Source: Lama guanicoe
Taxonomy: Eukaryota
Length of the DNA stretch: 64,000 bases
Reading direction: 5' to 3'
Assembly: GCA_013239625.1 (NCBI GenBank)
Contig: MU053934.1
Span: 4,730,399-4,794,398, forward strand
In this document: one piece after another, positions 13,028 through 24,380 of the stretch
Layout of the letters: the number at the start of each line of letters is the position of its first letter
How positions within the stretch are numbered: the stretch's first letter is position 1
Notes under the pieces: model-generated
Databases searched by the model: none
Told to the model about the DNA's origin: nothing
What the model saw: the letters and a program-made list of their open reading frames with translations, nothing else
Translations under genes and position numbers: made by a program

Positions 13028-13848
13028 GAGAGGAAGCTTGCTTGCGTCTGTGCCGTGCAGTGTGATGGGGTCTGACAGGCCACGTGAGGAGTGTCCTGAG
13101 GGCTGGGGTGCTCAGGTTGCCCTGCGCAGGGAGCCGGTCTGTCCTGCTGTCTCTCACTGCCTGGGGGATTTACCCAGCAGATAGCGGCACTGTCTGGGGC
13201 TAGGATGCTGTGCCGATGGAGCCGTGGGTCCGTGGTCTAGGCCCCGTGGGAAAGGGGCTGGCTGAGGAGTTCCGCCCTGCTTCCCCACGGTCTCAACCCT
13301 CAGGCCTGGCCCATGCCCCTCTTGGATCCATGTCACCCCTCAGCCCAAAGGACTGGCTTTGGAAACTTGTCCACCCTTTAGAACAAACTTTCTGTTCAGG
13401 CTCCAGTACCTGGGCCTGGGATGGGGACTGGGCAGGAAGTCTGGAGACCTCCCTGTCTCCTTCCCACCTCTACCGTCCATGCTGAGACCAGAGGCAGGGG
13501 ATCCAGTGGGTGACAGGGCAGGTGGCACTGAGCAGGACTGATTCTGGGGCTGCAGTCTTGGAGAGGAAGAGGAAAAGAGGAGAACATATGGGGGTGTTGC
13601 TGAGCTGGCTGACACTAAACACCCTCCCTCCCAACACGCACCCCGGGCCGGGTCACCACGCCATGACTGCTGCACTCCCTTCCTGGCTGCTCAGAGCTGC
13701 CCAGGCCTGTCTCTGGAGCACCTGAGGGATAGCTTGGGGGAGGGGCTACCAGCCTGCCTGAAGGTCCCTCCCAGTTTCTTTGACCAAGGTTCTCCACCCC
13801 CTTCCCCCCACCCCATTCCAGGCGCTTCTGAGAGGGCATCTCCTAGGC

Positions 13849-13862
13849 CCACCAGGGGGCAC
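13849..13862 (+). promoter_or_regulatory. CTCF core motif
   Basis: CCACCAGGGGGCAC is an exact match to CCASYAGRKGGCRS. Confidence 0.65.
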
Positions 13863-16800
13863 CAAGCAGCAGTTTCCAAGTCCCTGTGCCCTGACTCCCC
13901 TTGACCTTGGGTGGGGAGGTGGGAGCAGAGAAGCCCTCCTCTCCCACTCTCTGTCGTTGGCTCCGGACAGACAGCTTGCTCCTCGTGAGCTCGCAGCCAA
14001 GCTGGAAGCAGTTGCAGAGACTGGCTTGACTGCAGCCTCCCTGTGGTCCTGGACCCAGAGCCACATCCTGAACCCGCCAGGGGGTCGCCTCCGACTCTCC
14101 TCCTGTTGTCCCCCTCCACCGCTCTCTCTACCACCCTCACCCTGTGCCCCTAGTGGGGCTCCCCAGGGCCTCAGCACCCCCACCCAGGAAAGTCTGTTTG
14201 TGGGCATCGCTCTGTCCCTCCCCCACCCTCGAGAGGCTCCCACCCCCAGCAGCTTCTGAACGCTTTCCAAGGTAACAAAACAGGCTCTTGTGGGGCTCCT
14301 TGATTTGCGGCTGTCTCCCCCTCAGCTGCTCTGTTCTCTGGGTGCCCAGCTCCGGTTCAGGGTGCTCGGAAACTACGGCTGGAAAGAGAGGCTGGTGGGC
14401 TGGGTGGGGGCTGCAGGGAGACCCCGTGGGCTGCAGAGGGAGCAACACCCTCCTCCCCTCTCCTCCACCTCCTCTTCTCTCCTGGCTCCCAGCTTCCTTT
14501 CTTGTCCTCCTTCCCTCTTGCTCCTTTCTGACCCCTTCCTTCCCTCTTGTTCTTTTCTGCAGAATGTTTTCTTCCCGCACGTTACCAAGATGTGCTCTTG
14601 CCTTGTGTCCTCAACCCCTGTGCTTCTAGGAGTCCTCCCGCTGGGCTGGGGGCTCTCAGACAGCCCAGGGAGCCAGGAGCATGGTCTGTGAGTCCATGCT
14701 CCGTCATCCGTGGTCTGCGGGTCTCTGCGAACGTGTGAGTGTGGGTCTTTGAGTCTGTAGGTCCATGGGTGCGTGGATCTGCAGATCTGTAGGTGTCTGT
14801 GAGCCTGTGAGTTTGTGGATGCAGGATCCTTGGGTCTGTAGGTTCGTGGGTCTGTGGATCCTGATATCCAGGAAGGTGTGGGCCGAATCTCTCCCCCTCA
14901 TGGCTGCCATCTAAGGAGGGAAGAAAACAGATCTGATTTCCTTCTCTCTCTTTCTCTCCTATATTTATTAAGCACCTATTATGTGCCAAGCCCCGTTCTG
15001 GTCACTGGGGAACATAGCCATGAAGAGAAGGGAACAGACAAAGCCTGCCTTCTTGGAGCTTCTGTGCCCCTGGGAGGGGCCTGGGGCATCCCCCATGCCA
15101 GGTGCCAGGTGGGCACACAGCCATAAGGCCTGATTTCCTTGTGTGCTCTCAGAAAGGAGAACCAGGGCTATGTTGACAGGGGGGAGGGGGTACAGATCAT
15201 GGAAGGCTCTGAAAGCACTAGGTGTTTGGATGCCCTTGGAGCAAGTGCTGGGCTCCTGGGGCTCCTTGAGCAGGAGAGGATGAGAGGGAAATGGTTTCTC
15301 CAGGGTGGAGATCACCGTCTTTCGGGGCTGAGGTCAGCACTGACCTCGCCCTGCCTTGCAGACCTTCTCCCTTTGTCTGGGAGGCCCTCCCGCTGCCAGC
15401 TCCCCCTTTCCTGCATCCTGACGATGCTTTTTGAGAAGGGCATCAGGGTTTTCCCTTTTCTTACCTCTGACCACCGGCCTTGAGGAGCCGCCAGGACTGC
15501 GTTCCACTTGCTGTTGGTCCAGGACTCAGCCCTCTTCCCGGGGGTCACCCAGCTTTCGTCCCGGCCAGGAGAACATGAGCCACCCAGGATGACAGGCATG
15601 GCCCTGAGGGGCAAGGCACTTAGCATCACGGGAGCAGCAGCTTCTCGTAAAACTGGGATAATAACTTCCACCTTACAGGATTTTTGTGAGACTTAGAAAT
15701 GTCTGCACAGTGCCTGACATGGGGCCTGGTGCAGTGAGGCTGTTTTTCTTCCATTAAGGTTCTTTCCCAATCGTTTTCCCCATTTGCCTTCCCTTTTGTG
15801 AAGCAGAGAAAGCAGCGTGTTCTGCATTTGATACAAGAGGAAATGAGGCTTGGGGAGAGGATGCGATGCAGAGAGGGAGGAGTTGGGACTTGAATCCGGG
15901 CCCCGAGACTCCGGAGCCAGTGCTCTTTCTGCCAGAGTGTCTCCCTTCCATCAGGGGCCACATTCATCCTGATTTGTTAGCTGAGGACCCAAGGCCCTAA
16001 TTACTGCAGAGTGAGTGAAAGATGATCAGCAGAGTCACCTGCTGGGAAGCGCTCAAATACACAGCCTCACTTGCTGGTACTTGTCATAAGGCCGAGAGCT
16101 GACAAGCAAATGGCAATGCCTCGTGATGACAGGACAGGTACTGGGGGTGGAGAGTGGGCTGCAACCCTCTGACGACAGCCCAGCCTGGGCAGCCCTTTAA
16201 CTGGTGACCTCCCAGATTTGGACCTCCCAGATCCAAATCCCGGCTCTTTGACTGAGTAGCTCTTGGCCTGGGGAAAATCCCTTAACCTCTCTGTGCCTCA
16301 GTTTCTTCACCTTTACGTTGGAGAGAGCAAAAGTGCTTACTTCATTGGGTGGGATGAGGTGCCCAGCACGTAGTAAGTGCTCAACAAATAATGTTGGCTA
16401 TGATTCTTGTTCACCGTCATCAGAGGGGTTGCTGATCCAGTACGTTGCACACTGCAAAGCTGGGAGGGCTAGCTGTTGATTTTGGTGACAGAACCAAGGT
16501 GACTGCAATAGGTGGGCAGGGTTGACTGGTCAAACCAGAGCAAGTTTTGTGTCAAGTCCTTCACTTAGAGGCCAGATTTTAGCCATTCCTCTTTAGGCTA
16601 GAGGAACCTTGACTTGACTGCAACTCCTCCGAAGATGATCTGAGGAGACCAGTGGACCACATGCCCCATAGTTGCTACAGTGACTGGGTTGCCAGCTAGG
16701 CTCTGGGGCTCCTAGGCTGCATCAACAGAGTTCTCTCTCTGCCCCTGCAGAATCAGGCAGGGACCTGTCTGCTCTACTCTGAGTGACTTGGTGCAAACCT

Positions 16801-17104
16801 CATCCAGCCCTTGCAGAGGGAAGTAGAAAAACTCGAGTGTGATTGGGGAGAGGTCCCAAGGAACAGATGATCTGGAAATCCTCACCAAAGGAATAGATGA
16901 GGGAGCTGTTGACAAGAGGCCTGGGGCAGATAGGCTTGGGGGTGGGCGGGCCACTGTCACACATCTGCAGGGCTGTCATGCGGAAGAGGGAGCGACAGGG
17001 AGTTCCAGGGGCTCTGAGATGCCGGCTGGAAGATTCTGGGAGACAGGTTTCCGGCAGCCTCATCAAGATTTTTCTACAGGCCACCAGATGCAGGCTCTGT
17101 ATTG

Positions 17105-17405
17105 GTGGGTGTATGTGTGTATGTGTGTGTGTGTGTGTGAGTGGGTGTTGTGTGTGTGTGATAATGAGTGTGTGAAGTGTGTGAGTGCATGTCTGTGTGA
17201 GTAAATGTTGTATGCGTCTTTGTGTGTCATTGTGTGTCTGCGTGTGGGTTTGTGTATATCTGTGAGTGTGACAGTGTGTGAGATGTAGTTCTCTGCTACT
17301 GGATATTATGTGAATGTCTGATTGTACGTATGTGTCTCTGTGTGTGATTGTGTTTGTGAGTGTGCGTGTGTGCAGCTGTGATGTTTGTGCTGGTGAATGC
17401 GTGTG
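17105..17405. repeat. Degenerate TG-rich simple repeat
   Basis: About 300 bp of interrupted TG runs. Confidence 0.85.
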
Positions 17406-17986
17406 GTGATGAATTAGGCTACTTCAGAGGTCCCATTCTTTTCCCTTTGCAAAGATCTGGAGCCCATAGAGTCTAAAATCAGACACTGTGTTTCTGGGCC
17501 ACCTAAGTTTCAGGGTTCTGGAATTCCGTAGCTGATGGCACTGACAAGCATGGGAGACCATCGCGGGCTTATTGTGCGCTGTTCCCGGGTCTGATGGTGT
17601 GGTCAGGGGCTTGTGAGTGTTACCCCAGTTCATCTTCCCAGCAGCCTTGCTGCAGAGCAGCCGTCACCCTCATTTTATCGACAGGGTATCCGAGGTCCCT
17701 GCCAGGCTGAGTCGTGTTGCTAAGGCGGGTTGGTGTCAGAGCCGGACTCCGACACAGGTCTCGGCTTACAGTGCCAGTGCCCTGAAACACACACTCTAGA
17801 GTCTAAGGGACCTGTCATTAATATCTTGGGCCTCTAACAGGCTGGGCGATTCTAAAGTATTCTGATTCTGAGATTCCTGGATTCTAGAATTCCCAGAATG
17901 AGTTTGTTGTTTGTTCTTCAAGCGATGACATTAGCTGATGTGTGGTTGTTGACACAGGGATAAACAAGTTGCTTGCCCATGTTCCC

Positions 17987-18010
17987 ACACACACACACAC
18001 ACACACACAC
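17987..18010. repeat. (CA)n microsatellite
   Basis: About 12 CA units. Confidence 0.9.
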
Positions 18011-18516
18011 GGCCTGGAGTGACCAGGCCAGACCTCAGGTCTTTCTCCACCAGGACTCCGAGCTCTGCAGACACAAGGCTCCCCAACAGCACACTGTGAA
18101 GGCTGTGGAGTGCCAGCTGGGAGACGCCAGGCGGCAGGTTTCCCCATAGACTTGGGAAGACTTGGAGGATTTCTGCCCATACTGGGGGGGTCTTGGCTGG
18201 ACCAGTGGCTCTATCTGCACTGCCTGCTGACTCGGCTGGGAGGGAAGGACTTGTTCCAGGGCACCTTCCCCTGTCCCAGGGTGGTGCCTGAGATGGTTCA
18301 GTGCTTGGGCTCAGGGGTGGCTGACCTGGACTGGGACCTTTACTCTGCCCTCTCCTAGTTGGGCGACCATGGGCACTGCTGGGCTTCCCTGTCCTCAGTC
18401 TCCTCCTCCACAAAGTAGGAAAGAGCACGGACTGTAGATCATGGGACTGTGCGGGAGTCAACATAAACACTGACTGGCACAGGGTCAGACTCAGTCAGAG
18501 CCTCTGTAATGCTGTG

Positions 18517-18600
18517 CTGATGGTGGTGATGGTGATGGCGGTGGTGGTCATGATGGTGTTGGTGTCGGTTGTTGGTGATGGTGGTGGTCGGTGATGATAG
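18517..18600. repeat. Degenerate (GGT/GAT)n trinucleotide repeat
   Basis: tgatggtggtgatggtgatggcggtggtgg... Confidence 0.85.
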
Positions 18601-21118
18601 CAAATAGGGCTGGGGTGGCAGCCCCTGGGGATGGCGCAACCGGCCCCATGCATGCTTGGACATTCACTTTCATGGGTCCTAGGGAGCCCTTCCATCCACA
18701 TCACATTGCCTCTTCACAGGGGCTTGCAGAGACAGGTAGGAGGAGGGCTGAGCTTTACAGAGAACCGAGGTTTCAAGGGGGCAGTGGAGTCAGGACTGGG
18801 GGGTATGTTCTAGACGCAGTGGGGTCCTGCTCCTGTCCCTGTTCGTGGAGGCCAGTCCAGTTACGGCATCCCCGCCTGGGGGGCCACCCTCGGAGCGCCT
18901 GGAGGGAGGAGGCTCCAGCTGTGGGGGCAGCTCAGACTCTGACGCCAGATGAACCTGAGTTTGAATCCACCAATGCTGCCACCTAAAGCAAGTCCTCTTG
19001 TCTCTCTGAGGCTCCATCTGCAGACAAGTTGGAGCCCAGGGGGCCCAGTTGCCTTCTCTCCAAGAGCTTTCAGCCATGGGTGGACAGGAGGTGGGCTGCA
19101 GGCACAGAGCAGAGGGAATTGGGGATGGGGATGGGGAGCAGGTCAGAGGGAGGTGGTCTGGGTGGGCACTGGGGAGTGAGCTGGTGGCCTTGCCAGTCAT
19201 GGTCTCTAAGAGCCCCACAGAGTGGGGGAAAGGTGTGAGAACAAAGGAGAGCAGCACAGTGCGACAGCATTAAACAGGGCCAAGTGAGGCGAAGGGAAAG
19301 TCAACACAAAGCAGACGGAGCTGAGCGCGAGGAGAGGAGGTGGCTGTGTGTGGTCCCCGAGGCCTTGGCAGCACTGTCCACCCATGCAGTTGCAGTTTTG
19401 GCCGTGTTGGGCGGGGTGGCATCAGGGCCGATGCAAGGCCAGGCTCTTGCCTCTAAAATATATCCAAATCCACTCCTTTCTTTTTCACCTCCACCAGCAT
19501 CCCAGGCCAGCCCAGCCCATCTTCCTGGTCTCCCTCTGGCCCTCCGTGCTCCACCCCTGTCCCTCCACCCACTCCCCCTTCAGCTTATAGAGGGATGGCT
19601 TAGAAACACAGACCAGAACACACCACTCCCTGCATCAAAACCCTTCTGTGGCTTCCTGTTGCACCTGGAATAAAACCCGAGCTCCTTCCTTGGGCTAACG
19701 ACAGGCCCTGCCAAACTCTCCAATTTTGCCCCCTGTGCAGCCACACTGGCCTCATTTCTGTTCCTTACATGTACCGAGTGTTTGCACATGCTGTTCCTGG
19801 TACCTGGAGATTCTCATCGTTTTTATCTTAAATGTCTTTCTTTAGAGAGGGCAAGGTCGGTTCTCTCCACTCCCACCTTTCTCCCTTGTTTATTTACTTC
19901 CCAACACTTTTTATTTATTCAACAAATATTTATTGAGCACCTGGTGTGTTCCAGGCACTGTTCCAGGTGCTGGGGGACATAGCAGTGAATGAGACAGACC
20001 ACAGTCCCTGCTCTCTTACAGCCTTCTTTTAGGTCAGGAGACAGACACTAAATCATAAATATATAAATACATAAATTCTACAGTATGCTTGGTGATGTTA
20101 AAAGCTGTGGAAATCCAGAGAGAAAAATTAATTGACCCATGTGCCTCCCTCCTTTTCTGGAGTGTCGGCTGAATGAGGGCTGGTGCCAAGTCTTATTAAT
20201 CACCAGAAGAACCCCAGATCGTGCACAGTGCCTGCACATAGTAGGTGCTCAGGAAATGAGCCACATTGTTGGCCAGATTAATGAATTGTCAGGGCCTGGG
20301 AGAACGGGGTATGGGAGTTGTGGGGAGCGTGTTCCAGGGAGAGGAGACAGTATAAGCAGAGGCCTGGAGGAGGCAGCTGGCATTCTGCGACCTGAAGAGG
20401 TCTAGTTTGGCAGGAGTGAGGGGCCAGGGCAGGGAGTGGCAGACTCTGAGGCTGGCACGGTGGTGAGCAGACCTGCAGCCACCTCGGGGAGGATGTTTTT
20501 CCGCCCAGTGGTTAACACGTGGCGGTTCGAGGTGCCTGGGAGCTTATGTAAGGCCCATGGCTGTTTTTCTGGAACCGAGCGCAAAGCCCTGAGCTCAAGA
20601 GAAAACTCTGCCTCGCTGACCAGCCGGGCGAAGTGGCAGGAGGCGCCAGCTCCCGCCTGTTGCCTCCAGGAGCCAGAGAAGTGTCCAAACGTATCAGCTC
20701 CAGGCGGCTCAGCCCATAGCTCAGAAGTCACGGGCAGCAGCCGGGTGGGTGCCAGGGATTTGGGCCTCATCTCTGACTCCCACTGCCCAGCCTGGCACTA
20801 CTGGGGTGCCAGGGCCCAGGAGACCCCGGTGGGTGAGGGTGCAGGGATTGGTAGCCTCTTGGGTGAGGTGGTGAGGGGCAGGCCCTGAGGAGTAGGGCTG
20901 GCTGTGGAGGGGGTTGAGCGACCACAGTCAGTCATCCCCGAGTCAGAATGGCTGGCGCGGGCTTCTGGCCCTAGACATGCCCTAGTTCAGTGTGTAGCCT
21001 TGGCAGCCTCCTCTCTTCTCAGTTTCCCCATCTGCTAAATGGGCATAATAATGTTGTTTCTGGGGTTGTAGTGAGCATTAGATGAAACGAGGATGTGGAA
21101 GTATCTCTGAGTTGAACT

Positions 21119-21295
21119 CAGGACCAGCTACATGATTTGCAGGGCCCAGTGCAAAGTGAGAATGTGGGCCTCTTGATCAAAAAGTACTAAGAATTTCAAG
21201 TTGGTGACAGCAGAGCACTAAACCAAGCACAGGGCCCTTCTAAGTACAGGGCCGTGGGCGGTTGCCCAGGCGACACACCCAGGAAGCCGGCCCTG
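21119..21295 (-). mobile_element. MER45A-like hAT-Tip100 MITE, full length (177 bp)
   Basis: Terminal inverted repeats CAGGACCAGCT...AGCCGGCCCTG. Homologous in reverse to 45070-45216. Confidence 0.7.
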
Positions 21296-21967
21296 ATGGA
21301 GTTCTGTCTCTGCTGTTCCCTGGCTGTGTGTCCGTCCTGTCCCTTCTCTGAGCCATCCGTTTCTCCAATGGTAAAGCAAAAAGATTGCTGTGTGTTAGGT
21401 CTCTGGGTTCTCAGCTTTGTGAAGCAGTGAGTCGGGTTGGGGGGTGTTTCCTGGGTTCAACTGTAGGCCTTGGCTTAGGTCTCACTTCCTCAGGGAAGCC
21501 TGCCCTGATTTCCTCCTGGCTTGCCCAGGTCCCCTGGTATCTGGTCCCAGAGTACCTCAGTCTCTCCTTTGTAACACATGTCATCCTGGCAGTAATGTCT
21601 GTTACAATAACTTTCAGGTTTTTCCTGCAAATTTTCTTTACCTTCACACAGTAAACAGTCAACTCTAGTCTCATTAAAAATCAAAAAGTAACAACAACAA
21701 TTACTATCACAGCTACATTCTAAGAAGGTTTTATTCTCCCCCCTTTTCATCTCTCCAAACTGAGGCTCAGCAAGGTTACCAGACTTGCCCCAAGACCACC
21801 AACCTGGAAGTGGATTCCAGCTCGGTTGCATCACCTCTTTCCTAGTCATCACGGCCAGAGTGAGGGCGAGGGGCCGGGGGGCTGGAGCTGGGCTGTCTGA
21901 GCCGTGCTGCCTTATCGGGGGAGGCTGATCGGGGCCTGGATGCCAGGCCTGCCCCCGCCAAGTGCTG

Positions 21968-21985
21968 CCTCTTTTTCTTCCGCAG
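21968..21985 (+). other. U2-type splice acceptor 24 nt upstream of the CACNA1I start codon
   Basis: cctctttttcttccgcag|G: a long pyrimidine tract ending in CAG at 21985. Confidence 0.8.
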
Positions 21986-22009
21986 GGCTCCCTGCTTAGC
22001 GCAGACGAC

Positions 22010-22242
22010 ATGGCCGAGAGCTCCCCGCCTCCATCCTCACCTGCTGCAGCCCCGGCAGCTGAGCCAGGAGTCACGGAGCAGCCAGGGCCCCAGAGCCCCC
22101 CTCCTTCCCCTCCAGGCCCGGAGGAGCCCCTGGATGGAGTCGATCCGGACGTCCCTCACCCGGACCTGGCGCCTGTTGCCTTCTTCTGCCTGCGACAGAC
22201 CACCAGCCCGCGGAACTGGTGCATCAAGATGGTGTGTAACCC
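22010..22242 (+). CDS. CACNA1I: Cav3.3 alpha-1I, first coding exon (coding part 233 nt; the exon probably starts at acceptor 21986)
   Basis: Translates as [78 protein letters not shown], which I recognise as the Cav3.3 N-terminus. The start has a strong Kozak context (gacgacATGG). The exon ends at CC|ATATCCTTT (U12 donor, phase 2). Confidence 0.96.
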
Positions 22243-24229
22243 ATATCCTTTGTGCGGCCTGCGGGGGCTGGGCCCTGCCCAGGGCCGCTGTTCCCTGGGG
22301 CCTTGTCTGCCACACCTTCCTCTGGCCAGGAGGCCCGAGGCCTGGTGGCCGTGAGCCAGCTCAGGCAGGGGGTCCGGGGAGACCTCCGGCCACGGGGCTC
22401 GGACTGCTGAGGACCTGGTGTCCTGCTGATGTGAATGTTCTGGAAGTTGCTGATGACTGTGGGGGTCATGCAGCACCTGGCTGGTTCAGGAAGTCCTCAA
22501 GTGTGAGCCCCAGGTCTGTGCCCGGACTGCAGGTGCAGAGTTAAGTCAGACCCTGGCCTGTGGACAAGCTCGTAGTGACTGATGGTGACCACAGGGGTGA
22601 TGAGAGCCTGATGGGGGACTTGTGGGCACAGACCCGGGGGAAGGGAGCTGACCCCAGCCTGCAAGGCGAGGTTCCACCCACCTCTTACTCTCTCTGTTGT
22701 GCCTCCGACTGGGGCTGGAAGGTGGCAGGGAGCAGCCTCCTCACAGATTCACAGATCTTCCTGCCTCCATGGCTGCCTGGGGTTGGCTTCCGTCACCCCC
22801 TGCTCAAGCCCCTTCATTTCCCATTGCCCCGAGATCCTGCCTCTATTTCTCTTGCTCTGCTTCCCCTGTGCTCTTCCAGGCCTCAGGGCCTTCTCAGTTG
22901 CTCTTCCCTTTGAAATGCTTTCCCTTTCCTGGCCGCATCCTTTGTTGCATCCTTCAAGTCACATCTTAAGTGTCACCTCCTCAGGACAGCCCTCTGTGAT
23001 TCCTCCTCAGCCTCTCCATTTGTTGTCACTATCTAGTGTGGGATTCTGAATCTAACATTTCCCTCCTTCAGGGTGCTGTCAGGTGACCAGGACACAGACT
23101 GAGCCTGTCTTGCTCACTGTGGGACCCCAGCACCCAGCACAGTGGCTGGCGCACCAAGGATGCTCCCTTAGCGTTCCCTGGGGGCATATCAGCAGTGTCT
23201 TTGCTGGGTCTCCAATAATGACTGGAGCAGAGGCTCATTCATGGGATATGCAGGCGGGGCTTTAGGGTGTGGGGGGCTGCCTTTGATCAGGTGCTGGGGC
23301 TCCAGGATTCTTCCCTGGCCAGAAACCTCCCTCCCCCGACTCCTCCCTGGGAGGGGGCAGTGTTTAACCTGGGGCTCCACAGTGGGGGCACGGTTGGCAC
23401 TTTGAGTGTAACGTTGTTTTGTGGTCTGTGCTATCTGGCACATTACAGGATGTTTGGTGCCTAAATATTGGTAGGTAGTGGCCCTCAGTCACTGTGACAG
23501 CCAAAAATGACCCTTCACATTTGCAGATGTTGCAGGATTTTGCTCCCCCTCAAGACCCCAAAGGCACGGTGGACATGTTGGCTTCAGGGTCAGGCCAGCA
23601 GGCCCGGGGTGACGGGGAGGGGCAGGGGGGCAGGGCTGTGTGGGAGCTCTGTCCCAGACAGATGTCGTGAGCACGAGTGTCCCTGCTGCGGAGGGGCCCT
23701 GGCTCAGAGCCAGCTGCCCTTTGAAGCTTGGTGCTCCCTGACTCAGTTGCTCACCCAGCACAGAGGTAGGCCCTGAGTCACTGCCTGACTCACTGGAGAG
23801 CCAGAGGGCTGCTGGGACCGTCCCCTGAGCTGGTGAGCCAGGCTGGGAATAGTGGGCACACCCACATGTCAGCACCACTCCCTGCCTGGCCCAGGCTGTG
23901 AGCGTGCCCTGGCAGCGGGCTTTCCGCTGGGGGGACTCTGGGTCTGAAACGTCAAGGGATCAGTTGTGCTGTTTGACTCATGAGTAGGTGATGTATAGAA
24001 AGCACTGGGGACCTGAGGGAGACAGATCCACGGGCTGGTTCTGCCTTTTATTTGCTGTGTGACCATAAGCCAGTTTCTCAACCTCTCTGAGTCCCAGTTT
24101 TGCCACCTGTCACATGAGGGTGATGTTACCCATTTCACAGGATTGCACTGAAGACCACAGCAGTGCATAATACACACGTGAAAATGGATCTTTGTAGATT
24201 AGAGAAACTGCATATGTGTGGTTATCACT

Positions 24230-24380
24230 TTAAAAAAATATTTATTTTTGTTTTGTTTTAGGGGGAGAGGTAATTAGGCTTATTTATTTGCTTATTTATT
24301 TTAATGGAGGTACTGGGGACTGAACCCAGGGCCTCGGCATGCTAAGCATGTGCTCCACCCCTGAGCTGTACCCTCGCTAC
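24230..24380 (-). mobile_element. Vic-1-type tRNA-derived SINE (camelid)
   Basis: The reverse complement reads GAGGGTACAGCTCAGGGGTGGAGCACATGCTTAGCATGCCGAGGCCCTGGGTTCAGTCCCCAGTACCTCC, with A/B boxes and an AAAT/A-rich tail. Degenerate TSD GTGGTTATCACT / GTGATCATCACT. Confidence 0.8.

Noticed and set aside
18439..18663. Poly-His / poly-Thr ORFs
   Set aside because: They are translations of a degenerate (GGT/GAT)n repeat.
22243..22354. Continuation of the exon-1 ORF (YPLCGLRG...)
   Set aside because: It is read-through into the AT-AC intron and is not channel sequence.
24305..24378. tRNA-Ala-like sequence (also 49230-49300)
   Set aside because: It has A-rich tails, TSDs and degenerate stems, so these are SINE heads rather than tRNA genes.
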